Shown piece by piece: positions 46,819 to 57,339 of a DNA stretch of 64,000 nt (within the stretch, counting starts at the first letter, position 1; each line of letters starts with the position of its first letter). This DNA is from an uncultured Clostridiaceae bacterium (GTDB lineage Bacteria; Bacillota; Clostridia; TANB77; CAG-465): positions 5,910-69,909 of the forward strand of contig CAMVON010000003.1 of assembly GCA_947169155.1 (NCBI GenBank), given 5' to 3'. Made by a program: the position numbers and the translations under genes. Under the pieces are notes generated by a model. The model was not told the origin of the DNA. It saw only the letters and a program-made list of their open reading frames with translations, and ran no database searches.

Positions 46819-47379
46819 ATGAGTTTTATAGATGAATTAAAAGAATACCAACCTAAGTGTGAACAAGAAGCAAAAGACAAGGAATATATGTTAGAAGCAT
46901 ATGAAACATTCCCTAATATATTTGTCAGAGAGAATAATTTTGTACATTTTACATCTTCTGCACTTGTAGTAAATAAAGATAGAACAAAAGCCCTACTTAT
47001 ATTCCATAATATATATAATTCGTGGGCATGGGTAGGTGGTCATGCAGACGGAGAAGAAGATTTACTTGCTGTTGCACTTCGTGAAGTTACAGAAGAAACA
47101 TCTGTTAAAAACTTAAAAGTTTTAGGCAATGGAAAAATAATGACTATTGATGCACTTCCAGTTGCTGGACACATTAAAAGAGGAAAATATGTAAGCGCCC
47201 ATGTTCACTTTAGTGCTGCATACATCTTTGAAGCAGATGAAAATGAGCCTATACAAATAAAACCGGATGAAAATAGTAAAGTTGCGTGGGTTCCATTAGA
47301 TAAAGTAGTAGAGTTATCTACAGAGCCACATATGAAACCTGCATATCAAAAATTAGTAGATATTGCTAAAACATTATAA
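46819..47379 (+). CDS. NUDIX hydrolase
   Basis: Nudix box GGHADGEEDLLAVALREVTEETS. Confidence 0.7.
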   Translation: MSFIDELKEYQPKCEQEAKDKEYMLEAYETFPNIFVRENNFVHFTSSALVVNKDRTKALLIFHNIYNSWAWVGGHADGEEDLLAVALREVTEETSVKNLKVLGNGKIMTIDALPVAGHIKRGKYVSAHVHFSAAYIFEADENEPIQIKPDENSKVAWVPLDKVVELSTEPHMKPAYQKLVDIAKTL

Positions 47380-47457
47380 TTAAATTATTGAATAATGTTT
47401 TAAAAGATTATATAATTAATATACTAAAGATAAAATGAATAATATTGGAGGGAGTAT

Positions 47458-48423
47458 ATGGAAATAAGAGAAATCTTTGATACAATTGAAAGTGACTCTA
47501 ATATGGACGAAGAACTTCAAAGAGATATTCTTGAAAAGATAGATAACATAGCTCGTGCAGATAAACTAGTTGATGGACTAGAAGAAAAAATTGAAGAACA
47601 CAAAGATGACCTTTCAGAGAAAGAATTAAAATATATAATAAATAAATGTATATCATATAAAAGCGTTTTTTATAGATTTAGAAATGGTGGAATTGTAGAC
47701 TATGATCAATTAAACGATATTACTTCTAGAATATTTGCTCTAGAAGAGAGCATTCGTGTAAATGATTTTGCTAAATGGAAACAAGAACTTCTAGAATATA
47801 AAGGCTCTAAGGAAGATAAAGAAGAAGATAAAATGCTTAAGAATATGCTTATGGTTGTACCAGAAGAAGCAAATGTTGTAGAAAAAGTAACTAGAATGTT
47901 TAAAAGAGCTTTTTGGAAATTAAAACAAAAATCTCAAAAGCATAAAGAAGAATCTGAAAAAGTAATTGAACTTCCACAAAATACATTTGTAGATTTAGCT
48001 GCAGAAGATGAAAGTTTGAATCCAAATTTAATTAAAGAAGAAAGTATTCAACCACAAGAAGAAATAGATGAAGAAGAAGCTTTAGAAGATAAATTTGGAG
48101 ATGACTTCATAGAAGAAGAAAAAATCACAGAAGAACCAATAGCAGAAGAAGTAGTTGAAGAAACTACTCAAGAAACTCCTATAGAAGTAGAAGAAAAGGT
48201 AGAAGTAATAGAAGAAGAACCAGTTAAAGAGGCACAAGAAATTGTCCCAGAAACAATAGAAGAAGTTGAAACTGTTGAAGAAATTTTAGAAGAACAACCA
48301 AAAAGAAGAAGAGCTGCAGTTATGAAAGAAGAAAAAGAGGAAATTAAGGAAGAAGCTAAGGAAGAAAGTGAAGAAGTACCTCAAAAAAGAGTAAGAAAAG
48401 CTGTTCAAAAGAAAAATAAATAA
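47458..48423 (+). CDS. Glu-rich acidic hypothetical protein with basic C-terminal tail
   Basis: 321 aa; long E/I/V/T-rich region; ends KRRRAAVMKEEKEE…KRVRKAVQKKNK. Confidence 0.45.
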   Translation: MEIREIFDTIESDSNMDEELQRDILEKIDNIARADKLVDGLEEKIEEHKDDLSEKELKYIINKCISYKSVFYRFRNGGIVDYDQLNDITSRIFALEESIRVNDFAKWKQELLEYKGSKEDKEEDKMLKNMLMVVPEEANVVEKVTRMFKRAFWKLKQKSQKHKEESEKVIELPQNTFVDLAAEDESLNPNLIKEESIQPQEEIDEEEALEDKFGDDFIEEEKITEEPIAEEVVEETTQETPIEVEEKVEVIEEEPVKEAQEIVPETIEEVETVEEILEEQPKRRRAAVMKEEKEEIKEEAKEESEEVPQKRVRKAVQKKNK

Positions 48424-48591
48424 CAATAATTAAGCCTACATATGTGTAGGCTTTTCTTTTTACACTAAAAAGTTGACATAAATGTAAAAAAGTGGTATAA
48501 TAATATCGCGATTGATTATATTCAAGTTCATCAATGATTATTCATGAACAATCGTAAAAAAAATATTCGTCATATAAGGAGGAAAAAAATT

Positions 48592-48942
48592 ATGACAAAA
48601 AACACTTTTGTTAAAACAGGAAGTTCTAAAAAAGAACAAAATGAGGTTGCTAGATATCTAGCAGTAAGAAGCAGTGATCGTATTTTGTATGATCCAAAAC
48701 AATTATTAGTAATTGACGACAACAATTTAGTTGAGGAATTACAAGTAATAGAAGACGAAGATTTAGAATATGGGAATATGAAAGTAGTAAGAGTCGTATT
48801 TTCAGACCGTGTAAACAATGAAGAAGCTCATGAAAAAGCTAAATTTACAATGGATATTATAACATCCTTAACATTAAGCCAGTTTGAAAGAAAACTAGCA
48901 AAATGTAACAATGAGTCTGAAGTAGAAGACTTATGTGAATAG
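48592..48942 (+). CDS. hypothetical protein
   Basis: Likely ATG at 48592 (GGAGG upstream) within the track ORF 48544..48942. Confidence 0.4.
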   Translation: MTKNTFVKTGSSKKEQNEVARYLAVRSSDRILYDPKQLLVIDDNNLVEELQVIEDEDLEYGNMKVVRVVFSDRVNNEEAHEKAKFTMDIITSLTLSQFERKLAKCNNESEVEDLCE

Positions 48943-49187
48943 AAAAATCAGAGGAAATCCTCTGGTTCTTTTTTTGCTTTCAAATGTTGTATTATGTAGT
49001 GCAAAGTTGAAAAATAGCGCGATTTGTGGTATAATATAAGTGTAGATATATTTATAGCTACGGAACGAAATTATGTTCTAGATTATGTGAAAAAATTTTT
49101 TAGCATTTATGAATGCTTTGCCACATTAAAATCTATAGAATTTATGTTCGTTAATTAAAAATACAAAGGAAAGTGAGGTTGAATAAT

Positions 49188-49424
49188 ATGGAATTATTCA
49201 AGAAATTATTAAGGGGAACTAAGGAAGAGGCTATGGAGATTTTAATGAAAGGAGAGTCTACTAAAGGATTTGACAGAGCTGTAGAGTATGCTTATATGCA
49301 TTATGAATCTTATCTTACAGGTAATACTGTAGTATTTAGAGATGGTGCAAATAGAGTAGCCAAGGTAGATCTTGATACAGTTACTGCAATTCTTGGTGTT
49401 GAACCAGCTTTAGATAGACGTTAA
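49188..49424 (+). CDS. small hypothetical protein
   Basis: Likely ATG at 49188 within the track ORF 49173..49424; 78 aa. Confidence 0.35.
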   Translation: MELFKKLLRGTKEEAMEILMKGESTKGFDRAVEYAYMHYESYLTGNTVVFRDGANRVAKVDLDTVTAILGVEPALDRR

Positions 49425-49571
49425 GCATTGATTTCCATAAGTTCAGATTATAGTATCTGAGCTTTTTTTATTGCTCACTTCCTTGACATAATTCGACCTC
49501 TATGTTATAATATTTTATGTAAACAGCATAGATTTACCTTGAAAGAAAATTTTTAGAAGGGAGGCAAGAAT

Positions 49572-49964
49572 ATGTGTAATAATATTCGAGCAAATATTTT
49601 AAAGAAACCTCAGACAAAGGAGGTCGTAAAAGACAAAATAACAGATTGGATTGAAGATAGACCCAATCTAACAGCTAATGGTAAAGCAAAAAGAAATAAG
49701 GTGCAAGGTGAAACCTACATTTCGTATGAGAGTGGTTCACCACTAAAACTTCATGATGGCACTAGAATCCATAGCATAAAAACAAAGAAAATAGATGATA
49801 AGTTTAAAGAAGTAATTATAGAATTTGTATTTGCAAGAGAAAGTAAAGAACAAACAGTAAGAATAAAAAGATATGCAGATGATTCGCTAGATACTTTAGA
49901 AAACTTTTTAGAAAATAGTCAATCAATATTTCAAACAAGGAATATAGACTTAAATTATGACTAA
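49572..49964 (+). CDS. hypothetical protein
   Basis: 130-aa ORF, RBS AGAAGGGAGG. Confidence 0.4.
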   Translation: MCNNIRANILKKPQTKEVVKDKITDWIEDRPNLTANGKAKRNKVQGETYISYESGSPLKLHDGTRIHSIKTKKIDDKFKEVIIEFVFARESKEQTVRIKRYADDSLDTLENFLENSQSIFQTRNIDLNYD

Positions 49965-50243
49965 TAAATTAGAGATGAATAATTCATCTCTTCTTTTTTT
50001 GCAAATTTTGAATTTAAGAACTTTTGTTACAAAAGTTACTAAATTATTAAAGATGAATCTAAAAGTTGAAAATTTTTACCATATTGCGTAAAATAAGTAT
50101 ATATCAGTTGTAAAGAGGAGTTGCAAAATCATACGAAAGAGAAAAATTACAAAAAAATTACAAAAATATTAAATTATTTTCAAAAATATCTTGTCAAAAT
50201 GAATATCGTATGATATAATGAACTCCTTTTTGATAGGAGGTTA

Positions 50244-51110
50244 ATGGTGAATTTAGAAATAGTAACTACACCAAATGGCGCTGAGCTAAAAAGTATAATT
50301 TACCAAGGCAGACAATATTTACATCAAGGAGAAAAAGTTCTAGACGAAAAAGGCAATGTATACTGGAAGCGAAGAGCACCTATCCTTTTCCCAATAGTTG
50401 GAGCATTAAAGAATAACACTACTAAAATTGGAGAAAAAGATTTTTATATGTCACAACATGGATTTGCGCGCGACATGAAGTTTGACATTGTAAAGATATC
50501 AGAAAGGGAGCATACGTACGTATTAAAATATAACGAAGAAACTCTCAAAATGTATCCATATAAATTTGAGTTGTATGTAACATATACTATACGCAACAAT
50601 AGTCTTACTGTTTCATATAGGGTAAATAATGTGGATGATAAAGAGATTTATTTCGCGATAGGCGGTCATCCTGCATTCTCAATTAACTTGAAAGAGAACA
50701 GGTATAAAGTTGAGTTTGATGATATTGAAGAAGATGTTAGGTTTTTGCAATTAGAGAACGGACTTGTATCATATAATAATGATTATGTGAATAGTTCGTG
50801 TATGACAGATAAGAAATTTATCAATATTAAAAAGGACACTTTTGCGCATGATGCGATCATAATGAGTGATTTAAAGTCTAGAAAAGTAAGGTTGATAGAA
50901 AACGATAAGGAACTATTAGAAATGGATTTTTCAGGGTTTAAGTATTTGGCTTTATGGTCTAAGAATAACGCGCCATTCATATGTATTGAACCATGGTATA
51001 ATACTGCGGACTATACCGATTCAAACGGAATGTTTTTAGACAAAAAAGACATAATTAAACTTGAGGTTAACAAGTCGTTTAAATGTGAATATACAATAAC
51101 ATTTAAATAA
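50244..51110 (+). CDS. aldose 1-epimerase family protein (LacX/YihR-like)
   Basis: 288 aa; GGHPAF and …LALWSK…ICIEPW… segments typical of galactose-mutarotase-like proteins. Confidence 0.6.
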   Translation: MVNLEIVTTPNGAELKSIIYQGRQYLHQGEKVLDEKGNVYWKRRAPILFPIVGALKNNTTKIGEKDFYMSQHGFARDMKFDIVKISEREHTYVLKYNEETLKMYPYKFELYVTYTIRNNSLTVSYRVNNVDDKEIYFAIGGHPAFSINLKENRYKVEFDDIEEDVRFLQLENGLVSYNNDYVNSSCMTDKKFINIKKDTFAHDAIIMSDLKSRKVRLIENDKELLEMDFSGFKYLALWSKNNAPFICIEPWYNTADYTDSNGMFLDKKDIIKLEVNKSFKCEYTITFK

Positions 51111-51240
51111 ATAAAAAAGTGAAATTTGGTTTAGGTATACCGAAAGCATGCGGTATACCATTTTTTTATGCAAAATAAAAGCAGGGAATTTCCCTGCTTA
51201 TTTACGTATTAAAATATAAAATTTGGTTATTATTTAATTA

Positions 51241-52398
51241 CTATATATTAGTTAGTAATTCCTCAACTTTATCTGTTTTTTCAAAAGATACATTTAAATC
51301 TTCTCTTCCTATATGACCATAATGACTTAAGTCTGCAAAAGGTAATTCTTTTAGGTTTAAAGATTTAATAATACCTTCTGGAGTTAGATTAAATACTTTT
51401 TCTATTGCATTAAGTATTTTTTCTTCTTCAACTGTATTTGTTCCAAAAGTATTAATATAGATTGATACTGGTGCTGAAACTCCAATTGCATATGAAAGTT
51501 GAATTTCACATTTTCTTGCAAGTTTAGCTGCAACAACATTTTTTGCAATATATCTAGCAGCATATGCAGCACTTCTATCTACTTTAGTTGGATCTTTTCC
51601 ACTAAATGCACCGCCACCATGACGAGCATATCCACCATAAGTGTCGACAATTATTTTTCTTCCAGTAAGACCACTATCACTTTCAGGTCCACCAATAACA
51701 AATCTTCCTGTAGGATTGATATAGTATTTAGTGTTTTCATCTAGTAATTGAGACGGAATAACAGGAAGAATAATTTCTTTTTTTACAGCATCTCTAAGAT
51801 CATCTACTGAAATAGTGTCTGTATGTTGTGTAGAAACAACAACTGTATCAATTCTTACAGGTTTATCTCCATCATATTCTACTGTAACTTGTGTTTTTCC
51901 ATCTGGTCTTAAAAAGTCTAATATTTTGTTTTCTCTTGCATATTCAAGTCTTTTTGCAAGTTTATGTGCAAGTGAAATTGGAAGTGGCATTAGTTCTTCT
52001 GTCTCATCACAAGCATATCCAAACATAATCCCTTGGTCTCCAGCACCTAGAGTTTCTTCGTTATCATAAGATGAGTTAACTCCTTGTGCAATATCTGGAG
52101 ATTGTTGTTGTAATCCAATGATTACTTTGCAATTTTCAACATCAAAACCAGAACCCGCAACAGTGTATCCGATTTTTCTTAATGCGTCTTTTGCAATTTT
52201 TTCATAATCTAGTTTAGCACTAGTTGTAATTTCTCCAAAGATAAATAGTGTATCTTTAGAAATAGAAGTCTCACAAGCAACTCTAGAATTCTTATCTTCT
52301 TTTATTGCTGCTTCTAAAATTGAATCTGAAATGCAGTCGCAAACTTTATCTGGGTGTCCTGCAGTAACACTTTCAGATGTAAACAAAAATCTACTCAT
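51241..52398 (-). CDS. metK: S-adenosylmethionine synthetase
   Basis: [47 protein letters not shown]. Start taken at the internal ATG (MSRFLF…, 52398) with AGGAGTG RBS; the track ORF extends spuriously to 52485. Confidence 0.9.
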   Translation of the reverse strand: MSRFLFTSESVTAGHPDKVCDCISDSILEAAIKEDKNSRVACETSISKDTLFIFGEITTSAKLDYEKIAKDALRKIGYTVAGSGFDVENCKVIIGLQQQSPDIAQGVNSSYDNEETLGAGDQGIMFGYACDETEELMPLPISLAHKLAKRLEYARENKILDFLRPDGKTQVTVEYDGDKPVRIDTVVVSTQHTDTISVDDLRDAVKKEIILPVIPSQLLDENTKYYINPTGRFVIGGPESDSGLTGRKIIVDTYGGYARHGGGAFSGKDPTKVDRSAAYAARYIAKNVVAAKLARKCEIQLSYAIGVSAPVSIYINTFGTNTVEEEKILNAIEKVFNLTPEGIIKSLNLKELPFADLSHYGHIGREDLNVSFEKTDKVEELLTNI

Positions 52399-52464
52399 TT
52401 TAACACTCCTTTCATAATGAATATATAAAAATAATATTAAAATATATTGAATAAGGCATAAACG

Positions 52465-52593
52465 AAAAAAGACTAGCACTCGCATGCTAGTCTAAAGCTT
52501 ATCTTTCGGTCTAGTATGCCGCAGGAATTAGCACCTTACATTATGCAGGTTGCTGGACTTCATAGGGCCTGTCCCTCAGTCACTCTGGATAAG
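52465..52593 (-). promoter_or_regulatory. SAM-I (S-box) riboswitch with intrinsic terminator, leader of metK
   Basis: Minus strand: CTTATCCAGAGTGACTGAGGGACAGGCCCTATGAAGTCCAGCAACC…GGTGCTAATTCCTGCGGCATACTAGACCGAAAGATAAG matches the SAM-I consensus. Terminator GACTAGCA…TGCTAGTC + U6. Consensus promoter TTGACA–17–TATAAT at 52614-52642 (minus). Confidence 0.85.
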
Positions 52594-52726
52594 ATATATT
52601 TTAATTTGAAAATATTATAATACAGCACAGTAATGTTGTCAAGTAAAAAAAGAACAAATATTTGATTTTTTATTGAAAAGAAGTTCAAATTAAAGTATAA
52701 TATACATACTAGAAAGAGGTAAAATT

Positions 52727-53251
52727 ATGTTTGAAGATAGCTTTGTAATAGTGGATTTAGAAACAACAGGTTTAAGTGCACAAAATGCAGAAATAATAGA
52801 AATTGGAGCAATTAAAGTAGTAGATAACAAAGTAGTAGATACAATGGATGTATTTGTTAGACCATCAAGACCTCTCCCATGGTTTACAACAAATCTTACA
52901 GGAATAACAAATGAAATGGTAGAGGAAGGGTTAAGCTGTGAAGAAGCTTTACGTGTTTTTGATGAATTCTCAGGTGATTTAAGACTTATGGCTCACAACG
53001 CTAAGTTTGATATGTCTTTTATTAATAGATACATGGAATTAAAGCTTGGTAAAAAACCAAGACAAGATACAATGGACACACTAGTACTATCTAGAAATAT
53101 CCTAAAGGGCTTACCAAATTATAAACTTGGAACACTAGCAAATCATTTTAATATAGACTATAGTGGTGCACATAGATCTTTAAGAGACTGTGAAATAACT
53201 TTAGATGTATATAACAATATACGTAAAGTATGGAATGGAGAAGGTGTATAA
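52727..53251 (+). CDS. DnaQ-like 3'-5' exonuclease (DEDDh, Pol III epsilon family)
   Basis: Exo I VIVDLETTG, Exo II HNAKFDMSFI, Exo III HRSLRDCE. Confidence 0.7.
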   Translation: MFEDSFVIVDLETTGLSAQNAEIIEIGAIKVVDNKVVDTMDVFVRPSRPLPWFTTNLTGITNEMVEEGLSCEEALRVFDEFSGDLRLMAHNAKFDMSFINRYMELKLGKKPRQDTMDTLVLSRNILKGLPNYKLGTLANHFNIDYSGAHRSLRDCEITLDVYNNIRKVWNGEGV

Positions 53252-53795
53252 AGTGGAAAACGTAGGACTAAAACGTGGATATCTTGAATTAATGGATTAT
53301 AGAGAAGATTATAAAGATATTTATGAAAAAGAAAAAGATGAATTATTAAATATTTATAAAGATAGAATATTTAAAATTGACCATGTTGGAAGTACAAGTA
53401 TCAAGGGAATTAAATCTAAACCAATTATAGATATACTTATACAAACAAATGATTTAGAAGATTTTAAAACATATACTGAGTCTAATGTTGAAGGAGATAT
53501 TTACACTGTAAAAAAAGAGCCAACTATGGGTGGAGATTATCTAATACGTAAGGAAGAAGATGGAAAAGTAAAAGCGTTCATTCATGTATATAAAACAGGA
53601 GATATGAATGGTATAACATCTATTATGTTTAGAGATTATATGAATTCACATGAAGATGAAGCAAAAAGATATGAAGCATTAAAAGTTGAACTGGCTACTA
53701 AGTACAAAGATAATAGAAAAGAATATACATATGGTAAAGATTCATATATTAAAGAAATAATTAAAAAGGCAATTGAAGAAACAAATAATAAATAG
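53235..53795 (+). CDS. GrpB-family (UPF0157) protein
   Basis: IDHVGSTSIKGIKSKPIIDILI signature. Start uncertain: ATG 53235 overlaps the previous gene, GTG 53253 has the better RBS. Confidence 0.55.
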   Translation: MEKVYKVENVGLKRGYLELMDYREDYKDIYEKEKDELLNIYKDRIFKIDHVGSTSIKGIKSKPIIDILIQTNDLEDFKTYTESNVEGDIYTVKKEPTMGGDYLIRKEEDGKVKAFIHVYKTGDMNGITSIMFRDYMNSHEDEAKRYEALKVELATKYKDNRKEYTYGKDSYIKEIIKKAIEETNNK

Positions 53796-53926
53796 AAATA
53801 TAAGAATATAGAGTAAATCTATATTCTTTTTTTATCTGTTACAAAAAAATAGGAAAATAAATAATAAGAGAACAATTGTAAGCTTGCCATTACAAAACAA
53901 ATTTTCTACACATGAATTGTTACAAG

Positions 53927-54532
53927 TCATATATTAAATCCTCTATTGTCATTCATAACCCAAGAAAAATCTCCTCTTGTAGAACTTCTAAGCCTATCCA
54001 TTAATTCAACATAACCGTTTGGAGAATCAACTATTACATCATTTCCAGGTAACCAATTTGCAGGTGTTAAAGAATTGCTTACATCAGTTTCTTGCATTGC
54101 ACAAACAGTTCTTAGTATTTCACTCATATTTCTTCCTATATTTTTAGGATATGTAATATTTGATCTTATCACTTGATTAGGATCAATTATATAAACAGAG
54201 TTTGCACTTGAAGTGTTATATAGATTAGATATTTCTCCAGTTTCATCAGATACTATAGCAAAGGGAACAGATACATTAGTATTTTTAGATATATCGTTAA
54301 TCCATGCTATATGAGTAGGAAGTGTATCCTTGCTAAACATTAATATATCACAATTATTATCCAAAAAGTTATTATATAGTTTTGAAAGAGCAATTACCTC
54401 AGTAGTACAAACAGGCGTAAAGTCATTATCATAAGACAAAATAACTAACCATTTGCCCATATAGTCAGTAAGTTTAAGCGGCCCTATTGTTGAGTTTGCA
54501 CAAAATCTTGGCGCTAAATTCATATTATTCAT
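53927..54532 (-). CDS. peroxiredoxin (AhpC/TSA family, 1-Cys type)
   Basis: Peroxidatic Cys motif FTPVCTTE; thioredoxin-fold length (201 aa). Confidence 0.7.
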   Translation of the reverse strand: MNNMNLAPRFCANSTIGPLKLTDYMGKWLVILSYDNDFTPVCTTEVIALSKLYNNFLDNNCDILMFSKDTLPTHIAWINDISKNTNVSVPFAIVSDETGEISNLYNTSSANSVYIIDPNQVIRSNITYPKNIGRNMSEILRTVCAMQETDVSNSLTPANWLPGNDVIVDSPNGYVELMDRLRSSTRGDFSWVMNDNRGFNI

Positions 54533-54722
54533 ATTAACCTCCTTACTGTATAATATGCTAAATATAGGCGTTTGTTAAACAATATGTAATATTGTTGTAA
54601 CATTTGGTTAACTGCCAAGAAATATAGTTCGTCTTTTTTAAAACATTTTACTAATTAACTTATAATTTTTGATTATTTATTATATTATATAAGTACGTAC
54701 AATAGTTGGGGGAGTGATTTGT

Positions 54723-55226
54723 ATGGATAAGAAAAAATTACTAGTATTTGTAGCTGTTATTCTTGCAGTTGTTTTTGTATTTAATAATGCTACAGTAAGA
54801 GCTGAAACAGAATTTTTAGGTGGAAGTAGACCACTAGTACTTTTAGAAGAGGAAGAAGAGGAAGAAGAAATTGTAGAAGAACCAGCAACAGAAGAAGTAC
54901 AAACTCCAGTAACAGAAGAAGTAACAACAATCGTACTAAGTGAACGACCAGCTATAACAGAAGAATACTACTATGAGGAACCAGAAGTTGAAGAACCAGT
55001 TGTAGAAGAACCTGTAGTAGAAGAAATGAAAGAATACAAAGCAGACGCAACTGAAAAAGAAGAGGCTGTTGAAGCTGTTGAAACTGAAACTACAGGAGCT
55101 CAAGAACCTGTACAAGAACCAAAAACAGTAAATACAGGAGATATAGATTTAGCTCAAGTACTAATGATTGCTGCATGCTCATTAGCAGGAGCATATCTTG
55201 CAGTAAAGCAAAAAGCTATTAACTAA
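54723..55226 (+). CDS. secreted acidic repeat protein with C-terminal membrane anchor
   Basis: Signal peptide; EEPVVEEPVVEE repeats; C-terminal LAQVLMIAACSLAGAYLAV hydrophobic anchor + KQK. Confidence 0.45.
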   Translation: MDKKKLLVFVAVILAVVFVFNNATVRAETEFLGGSRPLVLLEEEEEEEEIVEEPATEEVQTPVTEEVTTIVLSERPAITEEYYYEEPEVEEPVVEEPVVEEMKEYKADATEKEEAVEAVETETTGAQEPVQEPKTVNTGDIDLAQVLMIAACSLAGAYLAVKQKAIN

Positions 55227-55540
55227 TACAAATAATTTAAGCAGTATAAAATATACTGCTTTTTTTGTATCTTTATAACTAAAAAAGTATTGTTTTGTCT
55301 AAAAATATCTAAAGCCTTTAAGCTATTTGTTTTGAGAGTATAATGGTTTTGTAAACAAAAATCACTATAATAAAATATGAAAACTAAAAAGTCTATCCAT
55401 AATATAAAGCAAAGCTTATAGTGATAATTTTTATATATAACACTTTAAAACTAATAAAAAGGGAGGCGAAAACGAAGGATAAAACTAAAGATTTCCAAAC
55501 AGCAGGAGAGGTTAACACCTCTCTTTTTTATATAATAAAA

Positions 55541-55575
55541 AAAGCGGGTAAAAATCAAATTTACTCGCTTTTGTA
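55541..55575. terminator. bidirectional terminator hairpin
   Basis: AGCGGGTAAA…TTTACTCGCT with A-run upstream and T-run downstream; a second hairpin GAGAGGT-taac-ACCTCTC + T6 lies at 55503-55530. Confidence 0.5.
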
Positions 55576-55578
55576 TTA

Positions 55579-56019
55579 CTATTTTCTTTTAAAATAATAT
55601 CTAAATAAAAGACCAACACCAACAGCAATTAATCCAACAATAATAATATAGTCAAATAGTGTCATATATTGTAGATGTATACCAGTATTTAGAATTATAC
55701 TAACAACAATTAATATACCGCCAACAGCACTTAATATTTTTGCCCACAAAGATTTTGGATTATAACACATCCACATAACTCCAAAAATAAGTGGAAGGAT
55801 AACTAGACCAAAGCCCATATTAAATCCCCATAAGCTTAATCCAAAAAATCCAGATGTAACTGTCACTTTTCTACTAAGTATAAATAAACCAATAATTAGT
55901 AGTAAAGCACCAACTACAAAATATAGAGGATCTCTTTCTTTTTCTGGTGTTTTTTTCTTAACATCATCCACAATTTTTTCTATTGTGCTTCTTTCATCTT
56001 TTTCACTCATTGTATTCAC
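55579..56019 (-). CDS. four-TM membrane protein
   Basis: 146 aa, hydrophobic helices throughout. Confidence 0.45.
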   Translation of the reverse strand: MNTMSEKDERSTIEKIVDDVKKKTPEKERDPLYFVVGALLLIIGLFILSRKVTVTSGFFGLSLWGFNMGFGLVILPLIFGVMWMCYNPKSLWAKILSAVGGILIVVSIILNTGIHLQYMTLFDYIIIVGLIAVGVGLLFRYYFKRK

Positions 56020-56156
56020 CTCATTATTATTACAATAACTATTATACTATAAAATGAAAAAAAGGTAAATATAGAGAATGTACAAAACATAAAATCTGTG
56101 ATATAATACTCACACATTAAAAATATACAGATGAAAAAAATAATTTTTAAGGAGGG

Positions 56157-56684
56157 ATGAGTATGTTTAAAAATTTTGAACTACTACAAATTGGGGATCC
56201 TATGTTAAAACTTAGGGCTAAAGAAGTAGATATTGAAGCACTTCAAGAAGGAAAGCAGGATGCACTGCTAAAAATAATGAGAATGGTAGCAAACAAAAAT
56301 AATTACTTTGAGCTTACTGCACCACAGATGGGCGTATTATTAAGAGTGGTAGCACTAAAAATAGATTTGTTTGACGAGAATTATCCACAAAACATTAAAG
56401 ATAATGAAGTTATACTAATGATTAATCCAAAGATTAAGCATATTGAGGGGGTAACAAGTAGCGCAGAATATGAACTATGTACAAGTTGCAAAGGTAGAAC
56501 ATCTTTAGTAGATAGACCAGATAGAATATTCTTAGAATATTTCACACCTGAAGCAATTAAGGTACAAATATTTGTTAATGGATATTCTGCTCATATTGTT
56601 CAGCATGCAATAGACCATTTAGATGGAAAAGATTTTCTTATCTTACAAAATGAAGAGGAAGAAATAATACATAGGCATAGATGA
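56157..56684 (+). CDS. peptide deformylase-like protein with altered metal/catalytic motifs
   Basis: Motif-3 region QHAIDHLDG (canonical QHEIDHLNG, catalytic Glu replaced by Ala); motif-2 region YELCTSC (canonical EGCLS); motif-1 region LTAPQMGV (canonical GIGLAAPQ). Confidence 0.5.
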   Translation: MSMFKNFELLQIGDPMLKLRAKEVDIEALQEGKQDALLKIMRMVANKNNYFELTAPQMGVLLRVVALKIDLFDENYPQNIKDNEVILMINPKIKHIEGVTSSAEYELCTSCKGRTSLVDRPDRIFLEYFTPEAIKVQIFVNGYSAHIVQHAIDHLDGKDFLILQNEEEEIIHRHR

Positions 56685-56789
56685 ATTTTATAAAATAAAA
56701 TGATGGAGATTTTCTGTCATTTTATTTTTTGCTCTTTTCAAAACTACTATCTTTAAGATATAATAATATTATCTAAGGAGGATAATAAT

Positions 56790-57329
56790 ATGTCAGTAAA
56801 AATAATGTATTATGTACATGGCACAACAACAGATAATGAAAAACATGTTTCATCTGGTTGGAAAAACGTTGAACTATCTCAAAAAGGTGTAGAGCAAAGC
56901 TTTGCATTAAAAGAAAAAGTACCAATGGAAAAAATAGATATTGTTTTTTGTTCAGATTTAAAAAGAGCAGTCGTTTCAGCAAACAATATTTTTGGTGGTA
57001 CAAAAGAAATAATTGAAGACAGAAGAATACGTGAATGTAACTATGGAGACTTAGATGGAAAAGATACTGCTTTAGTAAAATATGAAGAACATATAGATAT
57101 TCCTTTTCCAAATGGTGAATCACTTAAAGATGTTGAATCAAGAATAAGTGACTTTTTAAAATATTTAAAAGAAAACTTTGATGGAAAGACTGTAGCTCTT
57201 GTTGCACATAAAGCTCCACAACTTGCAATAGAAGTAATTACACAAAATAAATCATGGGACGAAGCAATTCAAACAGATTGGAGAAAAACAAAAGCATGGC
57301 AACCAGGCTGGGAGTATGAAGTAAAATAA
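56790..57329 (+). CDS. histidine phosphatase superfamily (PGAM-like) protein, tentative
   Basis: YYVHGTTTDNE (RHG-like region with R replaced) and VAHKAPQL second His region. Confidence 0.4.
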   Translation: MSVKIMYYVHGTTTDNEKHVSSGWKNVELSQKGVEQSFALKEKVPMEKIDIVFCSDLKRAVVSANNIFGGTKEIIEDRRIRECNYGDLDGKDTALVKYEEHIDIPFPNGESLKDVESRISDFLKYLKENFDGKTVALVAHKAPQLAIEVITQNKSWDEAIQTDWRKTKAWQPGWEYEVK

Positions 57330-57339
57330 TATAAAAGAG

